Source: Ignavibacteriales bacterium UBA6490 (GTDB lineage Bacteria; Bacteroidota; Ignavibacteria; Ignavibacteriales; Ignavibacteriaceae). From it: a stretch of 46,372 nucleotides of DNA. The notes below the pieces were generated by a model. The model searched no databases and was not told where the DNA came from. It saw nothing but the letters and a program-made list of their open reading frames with translations. Of the stretch, positions 16,119-26,165 are shown piece after piece. Location: NCBI GenBank assembly GCA_002435365.1, contig DJMM01000008.1, forward strand, positions 1-46,372, in the 5' to 3' direction. Made by a program: the position numbers and the translations under genes. Within the stretch, counting starts at the first letter, position 1. Every line of letters begins with the position of its first letter.

Positions 16119-17258
16119 TTAAAGATATTCAATTTTCTCCTGGTAAAAAATTCCCCTTGCTTCCAGTTTTTTCAATACAAATTCAACGCATTCAGCATTC
16201 TGACCTATAAACTCCGGCGGGCAGATTCCTTTTTTGTTAAATTTATTTTCAGCCAGTAATCTTATAACTGCGGTAGCAGTATACCCGGTCGTTCTTGCCA
16301 TCGAATGAACTCTTGATTTTACATCAAATTGATCATGCAGGCTATAGGTGTAACGGGTTTTTTTATTATCCAGACTGCCTTCAATAATTATTCTCATCAC
16401 AGTAAAATCCAGATCTCCATCCTTTAACTCCCACAAAGGGAATAAAAGCTTCGAGGTAAAATCAAGTGGTCTTATTAAAGTGCCGTTTATTTCAATTTCA
16501 TCTTTGCTGAAAAAGCCGGTTTCGCGAAGCTGCAGCATTTTTTCAATATGGCCGGGAAACCTGAGAGTTTTTTCTTTCATATTAGGCACCTTTAAGGTCT
16601 GGGCAAGTGTCCGCAGCCCGTCGCTGTTAAAAGCTTCAAGTGTACCAATCCCGGGAAAATCGATAAATTCAGGATCAGAGAGTGCAGGTCGAATGATTAA
16701 CCTGCCGTCTTCCACATATCTGGCAGGACGGGTATATTCTTCAATGACATCTGCCGGTGAAAATCCGGCTTTATATTCATAAGGCCAGTCTCTTACTATC
16801 GGCAGTCCTCCCACGTAAATCAGTATTGTTTCTGTGCTGTCAAGAATGTTATTTACATAACCGGTAAGTATATTGCTCATTCCCGGTGCTACCCCGCAAT
16901 CCACTACAGCAGTGAGATTATTTTTCTTTGCAAGCTCGTCAAGGTCAAAAGGGTTTTCAGAAAAGAAAGCAATATCAACAACATTTTTTCCGGCTTTAAT
17001 AATTTCCTTCAGCGTGTCGTAACCCATGAAACTGGGAACTGCACTTAAAATAATATCATAGTCTCTTAATAGGGAATGTAATTCTTTATGATCAGAGAAG
17101 TCCATTTGAATTTTCCGGATGGAAAAAGAGTCGGGGATTTTATCGAGATTATTTTTATTTATATCTGCAACTGCAACCTGGAAATCCATGTCATTTGCCA
17201 GATCAATCGCCATTGGACGGCCAATATGGCCTGCTCCTAAAACCAGTATATTCATCAT
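16119..17258 (-). CDS. Saccharopine-dehydrogenase-like NAD(P)-binding oxidoreductase
   Basis: N-terminal Rossmann motif MNILVLGAGHIGRPMA, a 379-aa length and a C-terminal sacchrp_dh-like region. A GGAG Shine-Dalgarno sequence precedes the ATG. The substrate is not assignable. Confidence 0.75.
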   Translation of the reverse strand: MMNILVLGAGHIGRPMAIDLANDMDFQVAVADINKNNLDKIPDSFSIRKIQMDFSDHKELHSLLRDYDIILSAVPSFMGYDTLKEIIKAGKNVVDIAFFSENPFDLDELAKKNNLTAVVDCGVAPGMSNILTGYVNNILDSTETILIYVGGLPIVRDWPYEYKAGFSPADVIEEYTRPARYVEDGRLIIRPALSDPEFIDFPGIGTLEAFNSDGLRTLAQTLKVPNMKEKTLRFPGHIEKMLQLRETGFFSKDEIEINGTLIRPLDFTSKLLFPLWELKDGDLDFTVMRIIIEGSLDNKKTRYTYSLHDQFDVKSRVHSMARTTGYTATAVIRLLAENKFNKKGICPPEFIGQNAECVEFVLKKLEARGIFYQEKIEYL

Positions 17259-17432
17259 TTCTCCAAATGGTTAAATTAAAGAAGCGGACACCTTGTGTGT
17301 TTCAGCGTATATATATTTGAAGAAAAATTATAAGCCGCTAAATCGATTCAGGTAAAATATAATACTATCAGGGCTTTTAACGAATTTACAAATTAACGGA
17401 CCTATCTGATGTATACTCAAGCTCTGCACCTG

Positions 17433-18920
17433 CTATTTTAAGTTTTTAACAACCCTGAGAATCGAATAATTTTCTCCTTCCTTCAGCAGATTCGCATAAT
17501 TCCTGTATGTAACCAGTCCAAGCTCCGATTTCGGTTCAAGTGCAATAACAATCATATTGTTTTTTAACTGGTTTGCTGGAATAAAAATGTAATCGTTCTC
17601 AGAAAGTTGATTTGTAATTTCTTTCAGTTCAGTTATGGGATTTACAACTATGTCGCCTTCAAAATCCATTGAATCAATTCGAATGATGTGGTATTGCTCT
17701 ATCTTATATTCATTTGAATTTTTAAAATCATAATAAACCAGGGAATGTTTTCCGGCCCAGTCAATCACCTCATTAAGAACTTTTGGTACTAAATAACCTA
17801 TGGGCCGCTCAACATCATATAAGGATTTCACAACGGGACGGTAATCGGCAACAGTGATAATTGTATCAGAATCGGAGTAATATGACAAAAGAGGAAGTTC
17901 CAGCTTACTGCCGTCAGAGAAATGATCTAACTGGATTGAGATATTCGGGCTTATCTCACCTTTGACAAGTTTTTCCCTCTGATCCGCTATAAGATTCTTA
18001 ATTTCATCTTTATGCCTGTAGCTGTAAACCAGCAGTCCCATCATTCCTGCCATCTGTGTTTCGGAACGTCTTTTTATATTGTCCAGGGAATCTATTCCGT
18101 TTTTACCCTCCTGTATAAAGGAAAAAGAATTTTGAATTCCCAGGCTTTGTCTGCCGTCATTTATGTCGAAGGTGCTTCTTCTTATGTAATTAACTTCCGG
18201 AGGTCCTCCCGGGAGGTATTCAAAACAGCTGATCTCTTTATCCTTAAGATAATCTATTATGAAATTCAGATACTCACGGGATAATTCAGTGATATTCTGC
18301 GAAATATTTATGTTGGTTACAGTGCCTATTTCCACTTCGTTATCAGTCCTGTACCCGTAAATTTTCCAGGTTTCGCCATACGGAAAATATTCATGTACAT
18401 CAAGGGTTACATCAAAAAGATATTTATTGAACAATTTATGCAGACCCGCTGTTTCCGGCTCAGTAAGGATCAGGTGGTTGCGGTTGAGGTCCATTGCATT
18501 TCCATTACGCCGCTGATTTTTTTCAGAACCATCGGGGTTCATTTGGGGTACTATAGCCAGATCAATTTTATCGAGTAAATATTGATTTTCAGATCTCAGC
18601 ATTTCATTTATTAAAAGCAGTGCACCTTCTTTGCCGGAATGCTCATTACCATGCTGTTGGGCAAAGATGAGTATTTTTAATTTTGTTTCATCTTTTCCAA
18701 AACCGTCTTTCGAAAGGTATACGGCATATAGTTTTCTTCCTTCAACAGATTCAGCGATCACTTCTTTGGTCACGAGATCGGAGTTATGGTCAGCAACCTC
18801 CAGGAATTGAGAAAGTTCATCGTGCGATGTAATTTTTGTATAATTACATTTTTGCAGCGGGGTCAACTGACCGACAGCAGATGCAAAAAACAGAAATTGA
18901 AAGAAAAGAATTTTCTTCAT
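17433..18920 (-). CDS. M14-family zinc carboxypeptidase, secreted
   Basis: HxxE zinc motif QQHGNEHSG, plus MDLNRNH and TLDVHEY (third zinc ligand context). Signal peptide MKKILFFQFLFFASAVGQ. Confidence 0.85.
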   Translation of the reverse strand: MKKILFFQFLFFASAVGQLTPLQKCNYTKITSHDELSQFLEVADHNSDLVTKEVIAESVEGRKLYAVYLSKDGFGKDETKLKILIFAQQHGNEHSGKEGALLLINEMLRSENQYLLDKIDLAIVPQMNPDGSEKNQRRNGNAMDLNRNHLILTEPETAGLHKLFNKYLFDVTLDVHEYFPYGETWKIYGYRTDNEVEIGTVTNINISQNITELSREYLNFIIDYLKDKEISCFEYLPGGPPEVNYIRRSTFDINDGRQSLGIQNSFSFIQEGKNGIDSLDNIKRRSETQMAGMMGLLVYSYRHKDEIKNLIADQREKLVKGEISPNISIQLDHFSDGSKLELPLLSYYSDSDTIITVADYRPVVKSLYDVERPIGYLVPKVLNEVIDWAGKHSLVYYDFKNSNEYKIEQYHIIRIDSMDFEGDIVVNPITELKEITNQLSENDYIFIPANQLKNNMIVIALEPKSELGLVTYRNYANLLKEGENYSILRVVKNLK

Positions 18921-19049
18921 ATTGTATTAAACTTTCTTGTTAAAGAGTTGCTGATTATACTATAATTTTTGACGGCTAAGCTGCTCTGATATTTTATATC
19001 CGGTATTCATATCCTGAAAAACTGTAAACACCGGGAATTTGAAGAAATA

Positions 19050-20042
19050 TTAAAAACTCAAATTCACCGAAATCCGGTGTACGCTAGGTAAAATATCATA
19101 TACAGAATAAGCGTAGTCAAAGTAAACTGCAGTGCTGCCTAACGGAACATTTGCACCCGCACCAAATGCAAAATCCTGGTCATCATAATTATACTTATAG
19201 CCGGCACGGACAAAAAATCTGTCAAAAAAGGAGAACTCTGTTCCGAAATGAGCACGTTCACGGTTATCATTCGGATGTGAAACATCAATTGCACTTTTCA
19301 TTTTTACAAAGTTCAGCTCAAACACATCAAAGCCAACTCCTACCTGGAAATACAATGGCAGCGGATATTCTTCAGTATTTAATCGGCTGGGGATTAATCT
19401 GCTTATAGGATAGTTATTATCTTTCCTGTGTATAAAGTCAAGATCGGGGCCGTCAAATTTCATATCCGAACCGAAGTTTGTCATGCACATAGCAATTGTC
19501 AGATTATGGAAATCGAGCCTGTACTGGGTACCGATATCAAATGCAATTCCCGATGCAGTCTCATTCCATATTCTTTGATTAATGTACTTAACTGTTAAAC
19601 CGACATTAAATTTGTCAGTCAGGAACCTTGCATATGAAAAACCTAATGCAATATCGCCGGCATCGAAATATCTTCCGGTGCCGTTTGGTTCTTCTTCAGT
19701 CGTAATCTCCATTTTACCTGTAGTGAACAAAATCATGCTGGCACCGAAAGTTCCCAGGTCACCCGCATTATAAACAACCGAAGCCGCATTGAAATCAAAT
19801 AAATCAAACCAGTTCATATAGGAAAAATGAGCCTGAACATTTTTAACTTTTGCAATTCCGGAAGGATTCCAGAATATGGCAGAGGCATCATCTGCAAAAG
19901 CTACTATTGCGCAGCCCATTGCTTCAGCACGGGCACCTACCGGGAGCTGAAGAAACTGGGCACCGGTTGTTCCAAGGTTCGGATTTTGTGCAATAATTTT
20001 TCCGAAGCTTATTATAAGTATAAAGAATAATATTTTTTTCAT
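19050..20042 (-). CDS. PorV/PorQ-family outer-membrane beta-barrel (T9SS-associated)
   Basis: Signal peptide followed by GTTGAQFLQLPVGARAEAMGCAIVAFADDASAIFWNPSGIA, which is the N-terminal signature I associate with PorV/PorQ. Alternating beta-strand pattern and a C-terminal aromatic residue (VNLSF). An AGGAG Shine-Dalgarno sequence is present. Confidence 0.7.
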   Translation of the reverse strand: MKKILFFILIISFGKIIAQNPNLGTTGAQFLQLPVGARAEAMGCAIVAFADDASAIFWNPSGIAKVKNVQAHFSYMNWFDLFDFNAASVVYNAGDLGTFGASMILFTTGKMEITTEEEPNGTGRYFDAGDIALGFSYARFLTDKFNVGLTVKYINQRIWNETASGIAFDIGTQYRLDFHNLTIAMCMTNFGSDMKFDGPDLDFIHRKDNNYPISRLIPSRLNTEEYPLPLYFQVGVGFDVFELNFVKMKSAIDVSHPNDNRERAHFGTEFSFFDRFFVRAGYKYNYDDQDFAFGAGANVPLGSTAVYFDYAYSVYDILPSVHRISVNLSF

Positions 20043-20060
20043 TTAAACTCCTGCTTCAGA

Positions 20061-22805
20061 TTATTTAATAATTGCAAATCGTTCTTTAAAACTTGAGTCT
20101 TTTGTTTTAACGACGTAGATATAAATCCCGGCAGCTGTTTCTCTTCCGCCTTCTGTTCTGAGGTCCCACACTTCGGTTCCGTTAGTGGCATTATGATTAA
20201 TTGTTTTAATCAAATCCGCATCGATAGTAAAAATATAAATTGTGCACTCCGTGGGAAGATTAATAAACTGTATTTGTCTTAATGGTTCTCTTCTCAGCTC
20301 ACCAAATTCCCGCTCATAGAGAGACGAAACTATATATGGATTAGGCACAACTCTTATTTTATTTAATTCGCCTGTAACCTGCTGCGGATTGATCTGAGCG
20401 CCCTTAATTTTAAAGGAGTATGAATCCTGAACATTTGGTTTTACCGGTTTTATAACTTCAACCGAAAATTTATTTCCTGCCGAAGGCGGTGAATTTACCG
20501 GGAAGGTTATTTCTCCTTCAATCCCGTCAAAATAAAATACATCAGATGAGAATAAAGTATCCGACTGAATGTTGGTATTCGTAACTGATAATAACACAAA
20601 ACCAGCGTTGTTCAACGAACCGTTCCCCTCGATTGATACGATATAGTTTTTTTCCAGAATTGAATCAGGGTAGAGCACGCTAAAATCAATTTCTACCTCA
20701 TCTGTCCCGCCAATTCTTGAAACGCTTTTTATTATATCAGGTTCTGCCAGTTTTAAAGAAATGCCATCAGTTGTAGTCTGCACCTGGTTAAGCTGGTACG
20801 GGCGGTTGTTAATAACAGGATCCTCTGAGTTGCGGACAACTGACATGGCATAATTAATTGTTATTATATCACCCTGTTCCGGTCGGTATTCATCAAGTGT
20901 CCCCGCGGTGTCCACCATGGTGACTTTCAGGCCATCTGATGTCAGGTTCAGTGTTCTGCCGCCATACGGGTAACCGTATCCGGGCCTGATTATAGTGTTA
21001 AGGGTAAGATTTTTAAGATCAAAAGTACTTGGTGATGAAAACTCAATTGCATATTTATACGGTTTTGTAGCATTGGAATCAGTGACAAGTACATCCACAC
21101 TAGTAGCCAGATCGCCAACTTCCTTCCTGGGTACAAAGGAAAATGTGGTTTTATATTCATTGCCCGCAAGCGATTCCTGATCAATTACGGATGCATCGAG
21201 AAGGTAATTGGAACTCCCGGTGCCCAAATTAATTACATCGATGGCAGATACAGCAGTTCTGCCGATTGCCTCCGATCTGGGGATGACTGAAACCGTATTT
21301 ACAGCTTCAAGGTTATTACCGATAGGACTTTCCAGACTTTCAATTGTTGAGTTCCCTTTGTCATACGCAGTAATTGAATACCAGTATTCAAAACCATTGG
21401 TAACTGTTGTATCAATATATGTATACTGCAGCCCGGTGTTAGATCCAACTGTATTAACAAGGTCAAATTGGGTGATTTTAGTCCAGTTAATTCCTCTATC
21501 TACACTTCTGTAAAGTCTGTAGCCTTCGAAATCATAGCCGGAGAATTCATCAAAACTTAACTCAGCTTTGTCGTCCCAGTAAAGGACAGCTTTAAAATCT
21601 CCCGCGGATGAATAGAGGTTCGGACGGGTCGGAGCTTTTGGTAAATTGAAATCAGCGTCAAGGGCGTTCTGTGCCACAGTAGCGGTGTTCATCATTTCTT
21701 CATAAGTTTCCCCGGCAATTATGGCCGTATAAAAGACCAGCGTATCAGAAGGACTTAAGGTGTAGGGACCGGATGAAAAGTGACCTTGAATATCCATTCC
21801 TGAAGCCGGAATTGTAGCAGGATCGTCAAAATGGATATCGGTGTTATTTCCAATATGAAAGTATCTGTGCCCGTCTGGTGAATTGAAGAGACTGGAATCA
21901 GAGGACATATAACCATACTGGACTGAATCATTATCAGACAAATTATCATCATCATATAACATATAATGCATATCTGTAATGCCTAACTGTTCGCCGTTGA
22001 CTTCGGGGGTCCTTAATAACATAACACCGAAAAATCCCGTTTTCCCGTCAGGCCATTCTCCTGAAAGGCCGTCATCATAAAAATAAATCAGGTTTTTCGA
22101 TTTGATAAAATTCATTTTATCATCTCCCCATTCCGGTAAACCACCGCTGACATCCCCTACATCAATATCATTATGCAGATGAAAATAGACTCCCTGGTAA
22201 GTATTCTGACTGTTGTTTGTAAGTTCGAATTTATAGAAGAGTGTATTTTTTATAAAATTTGTTCCGAAAGCATAACCGGTTTGGGCTAATTGGATTCCAA
22301 GGATACTGACTGTGTTATTGCTATCATTAAATACACAATAACTATCCTGATCGGAAATTATGATATTATTGCCATCTTTATCTTTAACGGGCCAGCCAAG
22401 CTGGGGATTCCAGGAATTGGGATCATCGCTGAAGGCAACTCTTGCCGTATCGCTGTTATGGTATCCGAAAGCAGCCTCCCATTCCTCATTTGTGGTAAAC
22501 CGTCCCTGGACAACATTTCCAGGAATGCCTACAAATTGATTGATCCGATATATATAATTTTTACCACTATTGATTGGAAATTCTCCTGATGGGCCCTGGG
22601 ATAGAAATCTTGGATATAGCTTTCCGCGGTTTTCAAAAAACAAGCCTATGTTACTGGCATTATGTATACCTGCTGCGCGATCCTGGATTCGTGTTGGCTT
22701 TTCCAGGGGATTTTTATCATCAATATCTTTATCATATTGTGCGAAGACAGTTGATGTGAAAATCAGCAACGTTATCAGGATTTTAAAATGTAAAACTCTT
22801 TTCAT
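20061..22805 (-). CDS. Large secreted protein with an FN3-like module and a T9SS-type C-terminal sorting domain
   Basis: Signal peptide MKRVLHFKILITLLIFTSTVFAQ. FN3-like segment KAVLYWDDKAELSFDEFSGYDFEGYRLYRSVDRGINWTKI. C-terminus VVPNPY...IQFINLP...IYIFTIDADLIKTI...AAGIYIYVVKT...RFAIIK resembles a Por_Secre_tail/FlgD-Ig-like CTD. Confidence 0.75.
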   Translation of the reverse strand: MKRVLHFKILITLLIFTSTVFAQYDKDIDDKNPLEKPTRIQDRAAGIHNASNIGLFFENRGKLYPRFLSQGPSGEFPINSGKNYIYRINQFVGIPGNVVQGRFTTNEEWEAAFGYHNSDTARVAFSDDPNSWNPQLGWPVKDKDGNNIIISDQDSYCVFNDSNNTVSILGIQLAQTGYAFGTNFIKNTLFYKFELTNNSQNTYQGVYFHLHNDIDVGDVSGGLPEWGDDKMNFIKSKNLIYFYDDGLSGEWPDGKTGFFGVMLLRTPEVNGEQLGITDMHYMLYDDDNLSDNDSVQYGYMSSDSSLFNSPDGHRYFHIGNNTDIHFDDPATIPASGMDIQGHFSSGPYTLSPSDTLVFYTAIIAGETYEEMMNTATVAQNALDADFNLPKAPTRPNLYSSAGDFKAVLYWDDKAELSFDEFSGYDFEGYRLYRSVDRGINWTKITQFDLVNTVGSNTGLQYTYIDTTVTNGFEYWYSITAYDKGNSTIESLESPIGNNLEAVNTVSVIPRSEAIGRTAVSAIDVINLGTGSSNYLLDASVIDQESLAGNEYKTTFSFVPRKEVGDLATSVDVLVTDSNATKPYKYAIEFSSPSTFDLKNLTLNTIIRPGYGYPYGGRTLNLTSDGLKVTMVDTAGTLDEYRPEQGDIITINYAMSVVRNSEDPVINNRPYQLNQVQTTTDGISLKLAEPDIIKSVSRIGGTDEVEIDFSVLYPDSILEKNYIVSIEGNGSLNNAGFVLLSVTNTNIQSDTLFSSDVFYFDGIEGEITFPVNSPPSAGNKFSVEVIKPVKPNVQDSYSFKIKGAQINPQQVTGELNKIRVVPNPYIVSSLYEREFGELRREPLRQIQFINLPTECTIYIFTIDADLIKTINHNATNGTEVWDLRTEGGRETAAGIYIYVVKTKDSSFKERFAIIK

Positions 22806-22828
22806 GATAATACCTTAAGAAAAAAATA

Positions 22829-25285
22829 CTAATTAAATCTTATGGTTAAACCCAGCCTGACAGAGCGGGGGGGTCCATAGTTAGAGGGATCGCGCATATA
22901 TTCATTTGAATAGCCGCCAACCAGTGTATAGTCGGGATCACCGGTATCACCATAGACATAAAGAACATTTCTATGGTCAGTTAAATTCAGAATTTCAGCG
23001 AATAATCTAAGCTTCAGTTTGTCGTACAGTCCGAATTCTTTTCCGACCATAAGATCAATATTATAAACTGCAGGTCTTCTCAGTGAATTCATCTCCACAA
23101 ATCCGATATCTCTGCCGCTTGGCGTATAGGGTGCCCCTGAGCTTGCCTTTATTATAAGGCTGAAGTCCATGTTTCCAAATATTGCTGAACCGAAAATCTG
23201 TGGTCCTTCACCTTCCGGAATCATATAAGTACCGCTTGCATTGAATACATGTGTCCGGTCCCAATCAAGATAATATAGCTGCGTAGATTCCTGGGTCCCC
23301 GGATACTGTTCTGTTTCAGACGAAGCACTGCCTTTTACAATAGAATAAGTATAAGTTAAACCGCCCGCAAAATATTTGGTAGGTCGTGTATCGACAGTAA
23401 CCTCAAAGCCTTTGTTGTTTGCATAATCTTCATTTACATATAATGTATAACCGGTATACCTGCCGTCAACAAACGGGAAATAGTAACGGGTTCCGATCAG
23501 TCCTGTAATATCTCTGTAATAGGCAGTCAGATCCATTGCAACGTTGTCGGAAAACTGATGCGAGATACCGACCTCATAGGATATAGTTCTTTCCGCATCG
23601 AGATTTGGCTGACCAAATAACGGTTCTCTTACGTTCAGATCGTACTGTTTGTTCTCGAACAGGTACTCGAAATCAGGATTCTGAAAAAAGTGTCCATACG
23701 AAAAACGCAGCTTGGTTTTATCAGAAATGGGATGAGAGATGCCCAGTCGCGGAGAGATCTGTGATCTGGATTTTACTTCAATGATAGAATTTGGATCCAG
23801 GGGATTCCCCCTGAATTGAACATTGGCATTCATATAGTCGTAGCGGAGTCCAACATTTATAACCAGGTAGGGCAATTCTATTTTATCCTGCAAATAAGCG
23901 GCAGCCTCGAACGGCCTTGTACTGTAATCGTTTATATAGGGAAAGTCTCTTTTAGGATCGTAGATATAAAATAATTTAAGACGATGATTTTTATATAATA
24001 ACCCGAACTTAACTTCGTTCATTGATCCGATCTGCCATACTGCATCTCCTTTGACGTCTGCGGTAACTGTTCTGCCATCTGTCAGTTCAGAGGGATCAGA
24101 GAAACTGAAAAATTCATGTCCGTTTCCATAATTATCGAAATACCCGTAATCAGTATATTCACGATAATCCGATGTATCTTTATCAATACCGGAGTAATAA
24201 CCCTGATTGAAATATGAAACTTTAACATCATAGAAAAAATCATTTGATACTGTGTGTGTTAAATTTAAGGAGGTCTGCCAGCTATCCGTTCTTCTTCTGA
24301 GATACTGTTCCGGAATATATTTGTATGAATGATTGTAACTCTGTCTTTTCCCTTTACTTCCCCTGTTGGAAAGTACGATTTTTACATAAGGAATTGCAGT
24401 TGTAGATATTTTACTGTAAAAAGATCTTGTATTATTATAGCCGAAAGGTAGGTAGCTTCCCCGTTCATCGATTTCACCGGAGAGGAAAAAATTATACTCC
24501 GGCCAAATGATCGGTCCGCTTATGCTTCCATTGATTCTGTTTTCTTCAAGATCTGCATATTTGTCGATTCCAAATTCGCTGGTTCTGGCTTCAAGTTTGG
24601 CAGAAAATTTATCGGTCCCGTCCCTGGTCACAATGTTAACGACACCGCTCAATGCATTTCCATATTCCGCATTAAATGTTCCGCTGAGCAGGCTCATCTC
24701 CTGAATGGCATCATTGTTAATTTCCGTTGCCAGACCGCCGAGCAGGGGATCTATAACCAGAGTTCCATCGATCATATATGCAACCTCATTTGATCTTCCG
24801 CCACGCACATGGAGGTTGGAGCTGCTTCCGGTAACACCTGCCTGAAGCGACAGTAAATCTGTGAAAGATGAAACAGGTAATGCTTCTATCTCTTCACGGG
24901 TAATAACCGAGATGCTGCTTGTAACATCTTTTTGAATAAGCGGGGTACGTGCGGTTACAATAACTTCACCAACCTGGATGGTTTGAGAATTCAGTTCTAT
25001 CTGCATCAGGGTAGTCTGATCAACGGTTATGGTAACATCTTTTACAAGCAAAGTCTCATAGCCGATATAGCTGTACTTAACCGAGTATTTGCCGGGAGAG
25101 ATGTTAAGAATAACATATTCCCCGTTAACATTAGCAGCAGCACCCAGGTTTGTTCCCTCAATAATTACATTTGCACCGACTAACGGTTCTCCGGTAGCTG
25201 CATCCCTGATTGTCCCGGATAGTTTACCGGTAGTACCTCCGTAAAGCAGGAAGGGAATTACGATAATAAAAAACAATCTTTTCAT
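22829..25285 (-). CDS. TonB-dependent receptor with N-terminal carboxypeptidase-regulatory-like domain
   Basis: GKLSGTIRDAATGEPLVGANVIIEGTNLGAAANVNGEYVILNISPGKYSVKYSYIGYE is CarboxypepD_reg-like. The plug region is VIVTARTPLIQKDVTSSISVITREEIEALPVSSFTDLLSLQAGV. A long beta-barrel ends in RLGLTIRFN. Confidence 0.9.
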   Translation of the reverse strand: MKRLFFIIVIPFLLYGGTTGKLSGTIRDAATGEPLVGANVIIEGTNLGAAANVNGEYVILNISPGKYSVKYSYIGYETLLVKDVTITVDQTTLMQIELNSQTIQVGEVIVTARTPLIQKDVTSSISVITREEIEALPVSSFTDLLSLQAGVTGSSSNLHVRGGRSNEVAYMIDGTLVIDPLLGGLATEINNDAIQEMSLLSGTFNAEYGNALSGVVNIVTRDGTDKFSAKLEARTSEFGIDKYADLEENRINGSISGPIIWPEYNFFLSGEIDERGSYLPFGYNNTRSFYSKISTTAIPYVKIVLSNRGSKGKRQSYNHSYKYIPEQYLRRRTDSWQTSLNLTHTVSNDFFYDVKVSYFNQGYYSGIDKDTSDYREYTDYGYFDNYGNGHEFFSFSDPSELTDGRTVTADVKGDAVWQIGSMNEVKFGLLYKNHRLKLFYIYDPKRDFPYINDYSTRPFEAAAYLQDKIELPYLVINVGLRYDYMNANVQFRGNPLDPNSIIEVKSRSQISPRLGISHPISDKTKLRFSYGHFFQNPDFEYLFENKQYDLNVREPLFGQPNLDAERTISYEVGISHQFSDNVAMDLTAYYRDITGLIGTRYYFPFVDGRYTGYTLYVNEDYANNKGFEVTVDTRPTKYFAGGLTYTYSIVKGSASSETEQYPGTQESTQLYYLDWDRTHVFNASGTYMIPEGEGPQIFGSAIFGNMDFSLIIKASSGAPYTPSGRDIGFVEMNSLRRPAVYNIDLMVGKEFGLYDKLKLRLFAEILNLTDHRNVLYVYGDTGDPDYTLVGGYSNEYMRDPSNYGPPRSVRLGLTIRFN

Positions 25286-26151
25286 TTTTTGCTCCCGATA
25301 ATGATCTGATTCTGATTCTCCATTATTTCCTGAGTTTCTTTCATTACTTTCTGTGCTTTTGCTTTTTCCCTCAGTGCGCAGCCCGTTGCAATTGCATTTA
25401 TAAGTACGGATATTGCTGCGAACGAATTAGTAAACAGCATGTTTTCACTTTTTACTATCAGATTGGATTTAGTATAAAAGGTTACCGGAGAGGTCTGTTT
25501 GTTTGTAATTGAAATTACCGGTATTCCCTTCTGTTTTGCAAACTGCGCTGCCTCGATTGTCTCTTTTGAATAAGGCGGAAAGGAGAAAACTATTAGCAGA
25601 TCCTTTTTCTTCATGAAAAGAATCTGCTCATGGAAAATTGTATGGGTGTGTTTAAATACTGATGAATCAATTCCTACCTGGTTTAATTGATAAGCCAGGA
25701 TTTCTGAAAGCAGGTAGGATATTCCAAGTCCGGCAGTAAAAACTCTGTCCGCCATTAGAATATCACCTATTACACTATTGAATACTTTTCTTTCAATTAA
25801 ATTCAGTGTGCTATTGATGTTTGTAATATCTACATTTGCCACTTCAGTAAGAAGGTCGTGATCGGCCATATGCTTTTCAAAGAGGGGGAATATCTCTTTT
25901 TCGCTGAGTCTGGCCTGGAATGATTCAACAACGGCTTCCCTTAATTCACTGAAACCGCCAAATCCGATACGCTGAGCGAACCTGATTACCGAAGCAACAC
26001 TTATGCCGGTACTATCGGATATATCCTTCACCGTCAGGAATGAAATCCTGTCCAGATTGTCGACAAAGAAATCCGCCAGTTTCTTATTATTCCTAGAAAG
26101 AATTCCATAATTCTTCTGAATTAGATCCTTTATCTTTTTATACTTGTCCAT
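25282..26151 (-). CDS. RpiR-family transcriptional regulator (HTH_6 + SIS domain)
   Basis: The HTH is VKDISDSTGISVASVIRFAQRIGFGGFSELR. The SIS region is VFTAGLGISYLLSEILAYQLNQVG. Its TGA overlaps the receptor ATG as ATGA (25282-25285). Confidence 0.85.
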   Translation of the reverse strand: MDKYKKIKDLIQKNYGILSRNNKKLADFFVDNLDRISFLTVKDISDSTGISVASVIRFAQRIGFGGFSELREAVVESFQARLSEKEIFPLFEKHMADHDLLTEVANVDITNINSTLNLIERKVFNSVIGDILMADRVFTAGLGISYLLSEILAYQLNQVGIDSSVFKHTHTIFHEQILFMKKKDLLIVFSFPPYSKETIEAAQFAKQKGIPVISITNKQTSPVTFYTKSNLIVKSENMLFTNSFAAISVLINAIATGCALREKAKAQKVMKETQEIMENQNQIIIGSKK

Positions 26152-26165
26152 ACCACATTGAAATT

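Noticed and set aside
20061-22805. The possibility that the 914-aa protein upstream of the PorV-like gene is PorU, given the classical porU-porV gene pair.
   Set aside because: The protein has only two cysteines, neither in a gingipain/C25-like catalytic context, and it is shorter than typical PorU. It is treated as a cargo or partner protein instead.
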